Of a stretch of 33,000 nucleotides of DNA, positions 23,547 through 33,000 are shown piece after piece (position 1 is the stretch's first letter; every line of letters starts with the position of its first letter). The notes below the pieces were generated by a model. The model saw only the letters and a program-made list of their open reading frames with translations. It ran no database searches and was not told the origin of the DNA. A program made the translations under genes and the position numbers. Origin of the DNA: Octopus bimaculoides (Eukaryota); assembly GCF_001194135.2 (NCBI RefSeq), contig NC_068995.1:55079782-55112781 (forward strand), written 5' to 3'.

Positions 23547-23579
23547 AGGGCACGTTTCCTCCTGAATAATTGTTCTGAT
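23547..23579 (-). CDS. 33-nt micro-exon, phase 2-2: SEQLFRRKRA (carries the furin motif)
   Basis: Acceptor tttcttttattacag and donor CCT|gtgagt. Open frame. Confidence 0.8.
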
Positions 23580-25075
23580 CTGTAATAAAAGAAACTTTTC
23601 TCATTAATACATCAAATATAATGGAAGTCGTGTGTGTGTGCGTGTGTGTGTGTGAGCGCGCGCGCGTGTAATAAGAGGAGGGTTATGATATCCAGGCTGA
23701 TACTGAATTTCTCGTTGTAAAATGTCAAGGCTGGTTTCTTCACATGGTGCGTTTTATGGTAAATTTCTTATTAACTTCCATCCAATGTAACAATTTTTCA
23801 CTGGCTACTTAGGGTGTAAAGTACAATACTTATAATAAGGAGAATGAAAAGTTTGAACATTCAGATTTTATGTTTATTTGCAATTGTTTTATTCATAATA
23901 ATTGTCCGAAACGTGTTTGGATCGTATTAATTGTATATGGCTGCATATTTAAATGTTGCGATTTATGCATTATTATTATTACGATCTCTTCAGGGTGTAT
24001 AACTATGACATTTTTCAAACAGATTTTCTTTCGTTATTAGTATGAAATCGGCTTGGTAGCAGTGGTAATAAACCATGACGCTTTTCGCTCTGCTGTTTTC
24101 CGCAACTGACTGTTTGGGTAAAATGCAGCAGTGTTTGTTGAAGCTGGCAAATTTTCTTCTTCCGTTTGGGAGTGTTTATCTATAGAATACTTTTCTTTTG
24201 AATGATTCTACATTCTTTATAGTCACATGGTTTTTTAATGGATTTCAGTGTTGGTTGTATTATTTGAATTTTTGTGAAGGTTGTTTATAGTAGTAGTTAC
24301 TACTATTTTTTTTTTATTCCCAAAGGAAACCCTCTCCAGTTGGTTAACGACGTAACCTGTGTCCAATATATTGCCAACAGGAGAGCGAACTCCTGCCAGC
24401 TAGCGAAATGACAGGACCAGAAGACTAGACTGGTAACCATAATATGTATTGTAACTGTTATATATTTATATATGTTGTCTTCGGAATGAGCCTGTATGTT
24501 ACTGAAGCATGTCAGCTGAAAGTATGGATGTATTTAGGCACATGTATACACACTAGTGGTATGCAGGCATATATGAGTGCGCGACTCTAAGTGTATTTAC
24601 AAATACTGTTGTACGGCTTTATATGTGTGTGTGTGTGTGTGTCCGCTAACATCCCTCGCCCAGTGAATGGTCATCCGTAAATGACTGCGGATCCTACCTC
24701 GCAGTGGGGTGTAAGAAAAAAGAGAAAAGTCTGTCACTCGTTCTACATCCAGATATCCAACAGATACCAATAATCGCATACCGGTGACACACACGTGTGT
24801 GTGGGTGGGTGTGTGTGTGCATATTTGTATCTATGCCCTTAACACATGTCTCTTAACCTTAATGTAATACTTTTTGACAGTGTTGCTCTCTTTCTTCTAT
24901 GATCTGCGGCTTTAATTTACGATGTGTGTGTGTGTATGTGTATGTGTGTGGGTGCGTGTCTGTCTGTATACCTGTGTGAGTGTGTGTTCATGAACGGGAT
25001 TGCACACCGCTCCCCGTTAACCTAATCTAAACGTGCTTTCCTCAATAACTGAATTGAAAAATAGCCGCTAGTCCC

Positions 25076-25115
<40 letters not shown>

Positions 25116-25387
25116 NNNNNNNNNNNNNNNNNNNNNNNNNNNNNNNNNNNNNNNNNNNNNNNNNNNNNNNNNNNNNNNNNNNNNNNNNNNNNNNNNNNNN
25201 NNNNNNNNNNNNNNNNNNNNNNNNNNNNNNNNNNNNNNNNNNNNNNNNNNNNNNNNNNNNNNNNNNNNNNNNNNNNNNNNNNNNNNNNNNNNNNNNNNNN
25301 NNNNNNNNNNNNNNNNNNNNNNNNNNNNNNNNNNNNNNNNNNNNNNNNNNNNNNNNNNNNNNNNNNNNNNNNNNNNNNNNNNNNNNN

Positions 25388-25439
<52 letters not shown>

Positions 25440-26037
25440 GTGTGTGCGAGTAATTGGAAAAACGAATGAAGAGCATTGAACCAATTTTGGGGGAGTTACA
25501 TGTAAGAATCAAAACAGTTTGTTTCAAAATCGTTAGTACACTTGAGTTTCAATCATGACGCTAGTCATCAGCCATTTTCCACTTACTCACATACAAACAC
25601 AGACACACACACACACACACACACACATGTGTATGTATATAATGCGCATACACATGTTTATCAATATAGGTTTGATTGTATGACAGACAAGTACGTTTTG
25701 TGTGTGGAAAATTTGTTGAGATTTGGGAAAACGGAAAACGACTACTACTTAACTTCTAAACTGTCTCTGAACTGAGGATGACACTAAGAGATATAATTTC
25801 AGAACAGAGATGGTTCGAAACACGTTGAAGACTCATGAGTAAACAATACATAACATTTTTCCGAATTAATATATAATCTGTAGCTTGATGCTTACAAAAG
25901 TGTGCAGATAACTCTTGGTCAGCTGGACAAAGATGTAGCAATCTAAAAACTGCAAAGCTTCGAAGTAAAATGGTAGATGTGAACTTCAATTAAATTTGTA
26001 AATCTAATTTGATCCCAAACAATATAACTAATTATAT

Positions 26038-26205
26038 ACAGGCGGAGGCTGAAAAGTCGGTGGTTTTAAGGAAATCGTGAAAGTTCTGGCTGCAATAATA
26101 AGTGTGTGAGTCCTGGAGGAGGGCTTTGTTGAATCCAATCATGAATATCTGATCCTTCTGCATTTTCTTTTCCGCAAAGCCAAGAAAATTTCAGTACACT
26201 CTTAT
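26038..26205 (+). mobile_element. Mariner-derived MITE
   Basis: Diverged TIRs (tacaggcggaggctgaaaagt / aatttcagtacactcttata). Retains a trace of the transposase C-terminal KCV motif (aataagtgtgtg). Confidence 0.55.
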
Positions 26206-26481
26206 ATTATGAACTCTACAAAAAGACAAGGTAATTCCACTGGTTGTGGAATTATACACCACTAAATAGTATTTGGTTGTAGTCAAATTTGTAGAAATTG
26301 ATTTATCCTAATAATATTTATGCGATCAATAGCATGTACTACGTAGAAAAAAAATTAGTGTAATAATTAGTGTAAAATAATATTTCCAAATAAATATAAT
26401 AAAATTGCAATTCAAAATAGATTTAACGATACTGCACAAGCATAATCAGATTATTTCACTGAGGAAATATTGATGACTTAC

Positions 26482-26619
26482 CGTTTAAATCCTTTGCCCT
26501 TGGGAATGGCAAAAGGATTGTCAAAAACCTTCAGAAAACAAGCTGTAGCTTTTCTGAATTTTTTTTTTTCAGACTGTTTGAAGTGGAAAATCGGAAACAG
26601 TAGTAGGCGATGTATATAT
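26482..26619 (-). CDS. 138-nt exon, phase 2-2: YIHRLLLFPIFHFKQSEKKKFRKATACFLKVFDNPFAIPKGKGFK
   Basis: Donor ACG|gtaagt and acceptor tgacttattcacag. 46 open codons. An internal phase-0 acceptor at 26574-26576 is an alternative. Confidence 0.7.
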
Positions 26620-26871
26620 CTGTGAATAAGTCATATATTTTCAATTAGAACAATACGATAAACAATACACAAAAACACTAAAGAACTGCCATACATGTAT
26701 AGAGTGTATATATATANNNNNNNNNNNNNNNNNNNNNNNNNNNNNNNNNNNNNNNNNNNNNNNNNNNNNNNNNNNNNNNNNNNNNNNNNNNNNNNNNNNN
26801 NNNNNNNNNNNNNNNNNNNNNNNNNNNNNNNNNNNNATATATATATATATAGATAGATAGATATGTATATA

Positions 26872-27433
26872 CAGGGGTTGGACAAAATCATGGAAACACC
26901 TTAAAATTTCAAACAAATCCGGTTTTATGCAGCTCCCTGCGTACAGTCTTTGTGGAAACTGGGTCCTCGAGGTGGTCATTAAAATCTGCTGTAATTTTGG
27001 GAGCAGTACTTCTGTGATCTTTTCTAACAATTCACGTAAGAGTCCGACAGTCCCTATATGAAAATTTTCGTTTTCTTCCGGAGATATGTTTCGCCGAGGA
27101 GGTTTTTCCGTCTTTCTCAAAGGCTGTCATTACTTTCGAGACACTACTTGATACACCAAACAATTCGGCCGTTTTCTTTACGCTAGAACCATGACACATG
27201 AACTCCAGCAGGTTGATTTCTTTCAAAGTCCGATATATGTGTCATTTTAATAAATTTTAAGTATCTTCATTTGATCCTATCTGAAAAGTAAGTCAAATTT
27301 AAGCAAAAAATACTAAGCAACACTAATAATGAATCAAGAGACATAAAAATAAAGAAGATTTTGGCGGTTTTATAGATACTTCAAAATTATGAGGCTATGA
27401 TGAAGGTGTTACCATTATTTTGTCCAACCCGTG
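26872..27433 (-). mobile_element. Non-autonomous Tc1-like transposon, 562 bp, both TIRs present
   Basis: TIRs CAGGGGTTGGACAAAATCATGGAAACACC and its near complement at 27405-27433, TA on the left. Paired-like HTH fragment GSSVKKTAELFGVS..VSKVMTAFEKDGKTSS..SGRKRK and PVSTKTVRREL. Catalytic domain deleted. Confidence 0.92.
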
Positions 27434-27975
27434 CATGAATAAATATCCATATATATATATGAATTCTGCTTCGATTTTATCCCTTTTCTACTTTATATAT
27501 ATGGCCACAGCTCATGAGCTGAAACTAGATAAAATGAAAATGAAAATGAAAATGAAATATATATATATATATTTATATATACTCAGAAATCTGGATGGTT
27601 GTACATTTTCAGATTTTCATTAATATGTCACATTTTTTTATAAATCATATATATTTGCGCTTTCATCTACTCTAATAGATGATTATTCAGATTTTAATTT
27701 TTTGAAGGGATTCCTCTCTTTTTATGGTATTATTGTGTGTGTAGGGGTGGAGGGCGCGTGGGGAAAAGTAATGTGTGGTGTATAGGATATTCAATGAGGG
27801 TAAGGAATGGGGAGAAAGGGAGAGAGAGAGAGTGTGTTTGTTTTTGTGTGTGTGTGTGTGTGTTTGGCTGTGTATCTGAAAGGAGTGTCGATGAGATGTT
27901 TAAGTATCTGTTGTCAAAAACGTAAACATTTTGATGCATACGTGTGAATATATAATAAGAGTTAAATCTACTTAC

Positions 27976-28071
27976 CCTTCATCCCAAACTTTATCCATAG
28001 CGTCCATCATTACCGAATGAGAATAGGCCAGTTTTTTCCCGAAGTCTCCATCGTCCGAGCATGCTCCTCCG
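27976..28071 (-). CDS. 96-nt exon, phase 2-2: GGACSDDGDFGKKLAYSHSVMMDAMDKVWDE
   Basis: Acceptor attcttatattttag and donor AGG|gtaagt. Only the phase-2 frame is open. Confidence 0.8.
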
Positions 28072-29588
28072 CTAAAATATAAGAATAATATAATGAATTG
28101 CTAGGTGTGACGCTTAATAATTTCTTATACGTTAATATTATAAGTATGTGTTTCAAAAGAGAAACTGGTAAGGAACCGTTATGCTCCGGTTCTTCAAACT
28201 TTATAAGGCACCAAAAAGCATAGTACAATTGTGTTCAGAGTAACACTGATTCATCTCTAGAAAATGTTGAATTTCCATAATTGAAGAGGAACAACTAATC
28301 TTTAACAATTGCACTAAAATGGGATGCCCCTAGTAAGGAGTTTTTCACATTACCGATGTACAATTAAGAATATTTAATGTAATTTAACGTCAAATATTTT
28401 GTCTGTGTTAATAATAATATAATTCTGTCTATTGGTTAATGAGAAACTTTCGGAAAAATTTGAAACAAATATCACATGTTTTCCATATCATTTATCATAA
28501 ACAATTTTTGCACAGATAATCGTAGAGTTAAATCATTCAACAGCATGGAAGTTGAGAAACATCTCCCATTCAAAAAATTTTTGATTGAGAAAATATTATT
28601 ATCATCAGTTATTATTATCATCATAAGTCCTGTGACATGCGGAGCTTCCTATAAAGTGTACTGTGGGGAACTTCGAATATTGTCTGCTAATCTGAAAAGG
28701 ACATTTTTAATAAGATGTCTGGATGGCAGAAAGTTTTCACTCTAAAAATCATTTCGCTTATTCTTCCGTCAAATTGAAGTTAGGTTCCATTTTGCAGTGA
28801 TAACCATTCCTGGTTTTGCATGTTATCACATGAAACTGGACCATTTATAAAAATGTCTCTGTCTTGTTATTTACTCTAATCTCGTACGTAAACCAATCTA
28901 CCAAAGGTTTATAGTATATTCTGAGATGCCTGAAGTGCTTCATGATGAAAATATACTGACCTTAAGAAAATATAGATTTTAATCTAAATGTTCGTAAGGA
29001 TCACGTATATCTGAAAAAACCATAAAACTACCAACCTCATGTCTGAAACACAGCACCATGTGATGCATTTCCCTGAACAAAACAGAATGTTTGGCACTGC
29101 TAGAGCTATATTTTTATACATGCAATGTGTCCACTAATGTTTGTTTCTTTTTGCTATTGAAAGTACAGTTACATATTATATAAAATGTCGTAATATATAG
29201 AAAAATAGAATTACCTATGATATTTTAAACTATCTTCTGTCATTTATGTTGAACAAATACCACTGTAAAGATCTCTCCGAAGTTTATAATTCAGTTTTAA
29301 ACATTATATGCAGTAGGATCAGAAATGTTTCTGAGCAAATCTAATCTACTGAAAATAAGAATAATTCTAATATTTTCAAACATTTTATTTCTAAATTTGC
29401 TCAAAGTTGCAGGGGAAGCATCATTATAATTTCTTTCAGTACTCAATTTCAGTCAGTAAACAATAAATTTAGCAATATAAATCAAGTCATCATAAGATAA
29501 TCGTATTAATCAAATATACGAATGTCTATTATTTTTATTTTCTACAATATCACTACATTAAATTTTCAATATGTTTTAACCCTGAAGG

Positions 29589-29810
29589 GGCGGTGAGCTG
29601 GCAGAAACGTTAGCACGTTGGGTGAACTTCTTAGCGGTATTTCGTCTGTCTTTATGTTCTGAGTTCAAATTCCGCCGAGGTCGACTTTGCCCTTCATCTT
29701 TTCGGGTTCGATAAATTAAGTACCAGTTGCGTACTGGGGTTGATCTAATCGACTGGCCTCACTTACCCAAGATTTCCGGCCCTGTGCCTAGAGAAGAAAA
29801 GAATATTATT
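29589..29810 (+). mobile_element. tRNA-derived SINE, full length
   Basis: A-box-like TGGCAGAAACGTTAG, B-box GAGTTCAAATTCC, A-rich tail. Three homologous copies in the window. Confidence 0.9.
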
Positions 29811-29819
29811 TCTACGGAA

Positions 29820-29957
29820 GGCGGTGAGCTGGCAGAGTCGTTAACACTCCAGGCCAAATACTTAGCGGCATTTCATCTGCCGTTACGTTCTGAGTTCAAG
29901 TTCCGCTGAGGTCGACTTTGCTTTTGTAGGCCTTGTGCCTAGAATAGAAAAGAATAT
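29820..29957 (+). mobile_element. Second tandem SINE copy with an internal deletion
   Basis: Same head and tail as 29589-29810 but about 80 bp of the middle is missing. Confidence 0.88.
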
Positions 29958-30149
29958 ATATTAACCGTCCAATAATAAGATTGTCAAATTCCATTGCACA
30001 GACAACCAATGAATGATTCATTTCTGAATATATTAGGTGTTTCCAAATATGATAAAACTTATCAAGACGGGTTTCATATACACATGTATGTGTAAGTGTG
30101 TTTGTTTGAAGGTGATATTTTCCTACTCCTTAAGTAAACAAAAACATAC

Positions 30150-30233
30150 CTCATAAAGAAGTTTTCCCACGCATGCGCTCTTGTCTTGTATTTCATGAGA
30201 AGTAATTCATTATCATTTTTCTTAGCAGAAGAC
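30150..30233 (-). CDS. 84-nt exon, phase 2-2: SSAKKNDNELLLMKYKTRAHAWENFFM
   Basis: Acceptor ctattttcattctag and donor GAG|gtatgt. Lies within track ORF 30074..30295. Confidence 0.8.
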
Positions 30234-30689
30234 CTAGAATGAAAATAGCGAGAATAGAAATTCAAATATTGTGGCAGAATGATTTGAGTGTCCAAAAGGT
30301 TACTTTAAGTTTAGATGAATTAAAATACTCTTAAGAAATGAATATATTCCATGGCAACGTCTGGTGGGGGGGGAAGCAATCTATTTGAGTAAGATTTAAG
30401 ATTTCTATATGAAGCTGAAGGTCAGAAATAGAAGGGGAGATAACCAGTCGATTGTATAAATGAAAGAATTTGACTGGGATTTTATTTTATTGATCTCCGA
30501 AAAATGCATAATGATCTTGTCTTCGGTAAGATTTCAAATCACAGTCTAACGAACCTAATATTTTCCAGGACTTTGTGTCCGACAGTCTAACAGCTCCGTT
30601 TTGAGGATGATTAGGGTGCAACATATTTAGCACAAATATCAATTTCAACTCCTTTTTTGAATTTTATTACCAATGTTTTTGTATTTTGA

Positions 30690-31205
30690 AATTTAAACAT
30701 GTTCTAGTATATTTTTTGTTTCTTTTTTGAATTTTTGCTGTTTGCTCAAATGTGTAGCGAGCTAGATTGTCTGTTGGGGGTTTACGTTTCAGTTCATCGT
30801 TATATTTGAGCCATGTTCGACCGACATTCCTGTCCCCAGTTTCAAGGTGGCAGTACATGAAGACTTTGGTTATTCTTTCATCACTCATGTCCACAGTATG
30901 ACAAACCCAGCGCAATTGCGACTGTATAAGATCTTCATTCTTCTTGTCTTACACTTGTTAAACATGTCGATATCAGGCACCCTGTCATTTAGTGAATAGA
31001 TCCAGACTGCCCTGATACATCCTCTGTGGAAGAAGTCTAGATGGGCCGATGTGCAACCTATAAGGTGTCCACGATTCTTTGCCATACAGGAGTGTAGAAA
31101 GATTGCAGCGATGGACACATCTACTTTGTTGTCGCGTTTAATGTCACTTTCATTCCACAGGTGAAGAAAAGTTTGGCAAATGTGTTGGCTGCTCTCGCAA
31201 GACGG
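30690..31205 (-). mobile_element. RTE-clade LINE fragment (post-RT region)
   Basis: Frameshifted RLARAANTFAKL...TLLYGKESWT...FHRGCIRAV...DRVPD...QLRWVCH...DERITKVFMYCHLETGDRNVGR. Confidence 0.85.
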
Positions 31206-31470
31206 TTCACACACGCACGTACATAAACACACTCACACATATATACGCACGTACGTACACGTTTTTGTATATGTGTGTGTGTATTTGTAACGTATGATAT
31301 GGGTGACACTATTAACAATTTAACAACCTAAAGGCAAATTAATAGAAGCCACTAACATGACAGAAGGTTCTAATTATTACATGTATTTCTGGAAATAAGA
31401 GCCAAAACAAATATCCACAAGGTACAGTTTTAATGACTGTCAAAGGGTCCCTAGTGGATAAAGCCAAATC

Positions 31471-31731
31471 GACGTTTCGGATGTTGACATAGAGCATTCT
31501 AATCCTCATCAGTGTCTCTTTCCACGCCTAGGATTAAACTCAACAATCTTTGAAACACATGCACTGATTTTAAAACAGTAAAATGAAAACAGCAAATAAT
31601 ATAGGTGGCTAATTGGAAATTTAAAGAACCTAAAGGCAAATTGATAGAAATCACTAAAGTTGAGTTTAGTCCTAGCTGCGGTAAGAGTCACTGATGATGA
31701 TAAAATGCTTTGCATCAAATTCCGAAATCGT
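31471..31731. repeat. About 74-bp inverted repeat carrying two hammerhead-like cores (probable inverted Penelope pseudo-LTRs)
   Basis: 31471-31544 (minus) versus 31659-31731 (plus): gttgagttta.tcctag...aagag.cactgatga...aatgct...tccgaaa. Confidence 0.7.
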
Positions 31732-31849
31732 TAGCAGCATACCTCCTCTTAACAGTCGTTGAGATAGTGCTTTGTGGCTATTTAAGTTGTTTTTACTTTT
31801 ATTACTAGCAATAGCTGTACTAATTAATACCCTCTACCACTTTAGTGAC

Positions 31850-31867
31850 CTCTCTCTCTCTCTCTTC

Positions 31868-31904
<37 letters not shown>

Positions 31905-31915
31905 TCCCTCTCTCC
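31850..31915. repeat. (CT)n microsatellite
   Basis: Direct reading. Confidence 0.97.
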
Positions 31916-32461
31916 CATTGGTAGCTAAATATTTTTCATTTTGCTTCAACAAGGGAACCAGCTGTGTTCATATGCAGTGCTCTCCAAGAATTCGTGAAGT
32001 AAACTACATGGGACTGTTGATGCTCGTCTTCATTCGGAATGAGAAATTCACAGGTTTATGCGAGGTAGTACGAGATTTCAAAATAGATACACATAAAGGA
32101 GAATGTATCTTATGAGGATGTCTTAATTCTTAACTCTCACAATAACAAATTTTGCAAAGTTCATGCACATAGTTATTATCTGCGAGAACGTTGAAGTAAC
32201 CATATTTTTAAACATATATCTGTGTGTGTATGTGTGTATATGTCTGTGCGTGCGCGGGATGCGTGTATGGGTGTGCGGGTTTGTGTACTTTCATTAATAT
32301 ACATCATGAGTTTTGTTGACCCTGTGTATATTAACAATTATGGCAGTTAAAAGAATTTCCACAACGAACATGGTCCAAGGATGTGCATGCTCAATTTCTA
32401 GAGAAAGAACTGGTGTATATATCCAGCTTCACGGATTACAAGGAGACAATAAAAAGCTTAC

Positions 32462-32500
32462 ATGTCAATAATGAGTAAAACGTTGAAAGCTAGGCATGCG
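32462..32500 (-). CDS. Candidate signal-peptide exon, 39 nt, phase 2-2: ACLAFNVLLIID
   Basis: Donor CAT|gtaagc with a weak acceptor (taagttcag). Hydrophobic, and joins exon 30233 as ...LLIIDMSSA/KKND. A possible ATG-AG|gt first exon lies at 32873-32877 (weak donor). Confidence 0.4.
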
Positions 32501-33000
32501 CTGAACTTAGACTTCGTTCAGAGTCAAGGACAATTTGGAGCATTATATCTAGGTCAGTAAATATTAGAGGGTGGCACGAAATTACACCAGCTTTCGGTAC
32601 TCTGCAATCACAGCGATCATTCCGTTCCGTTCTCGAATTATACCTACAGTTATCACATTCGGTAAAAATGTCTTACGGTTAAGTTGGTACCTATGAATTT
32701 CCCTGAGGGGAGATTACATATTTATCAACATCACCTATTCCTTTGGGAGGAATCATTTGTAATCTTCGAAACATATGTTGGAAATAAAAGAATTCATTTA
32801 ACTTATGCGTATTACTGCATTTATTAAATTTTTATATTTACTCAATTGACCAAAATAACAGAGAGTTTCTACCTCATAAACAGGAGTTACACCACAGTCA
32901 TTTTGTGATCGTTGCTATCCTGGTATCTATTAACCAATTTATTTTGTCGGAGTTAACTATTAACTCAAAGAAAATAAATACATATAATTAAATATATATA

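Noticed and set aside
23690-24300. Possible Penelope endonuclease-region relic (RKASWF resembling RKIIWFNPP); similar vague signal at 20270-20990
   Set aside because: Too decayed to support by eye.
25896-25922. 27-nt exon candidate
   Set aside because: Gives an immediate TGA in the gene's frame; at most a poison exon.
7024-26891. Track ORFs containing X runs or HT/YI/CV repeats
   Set aside because: Artefacts of N-gaps and microsatellites.
29036-29072. 37-nt exon candidate (KCITWCCVSDM, Ly6-like look)
   Set aside because: Needs phase-1 entry, while the upstream exon ends in phase 2.
32141-32179. 39-nt exon candidate
   Set aside because: Stop codon in phase 2 and does not join the series.
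1-33000. CRISPR arrays, rRNA, true tRNA genes, prokaryotic operons
   Set aside because: None seen. The tRNA-like boxes belong to SINE heads.

Overview
AT-rich eukaryotic genomic DNA with eight N-gaps and many microsatellites. The SINE, mariner, Penelope and RTE repertoire looks like an octopus/coleoid cephalopod draft assembly (inference from recalled repeat sequences, not searched). Almost none of the supplied ORFs are genes. Reading splice signals by hand on the minus strand reveals a previously unannotatable multi-exon gene spanning at least 7912-30233. It has at least 12 well-supported coding exons, nearly all symmetric phase 2, including a run of 27-39 nt micro-exons. The conceptual protein is about 270-300 aa: ...SSAKKNDNELLLMKYKTRAHAWENFFMSGGACSDDGDFGKKLAYSHSVMMDAMDKVWDEGYIHRLLLFPIFHFKQSEKKKFRKATACFLKVFDNPFAIPKGKGFKRSEQLFRRKR/ALPALGKAALKVVSRLFSEFLGDIATDALSSFLGIGDSDTDSSASQVQDINKWK..[one unresolved junction]..FQRAEVKSNLQIQNLRSFKIVIEDFQQHVLKCLDKDKKMTADEHKFCNIKSQSFDEDDLEKKPNDGAIPKKSPMLAFMAIAICTLLLN*. 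It shows a furin site, an amphipathic helix directly after it and a GPI-type C-terminus. I do not recognise the family. The introns and flanks hold dead mariner/Tc1 elements and MITEs, RTE and Penelope relics (several with hammerhead-ribozyme cores), tRNA-derived SINEs and several hairpins. All translations were done by hand and need computational confirmation.
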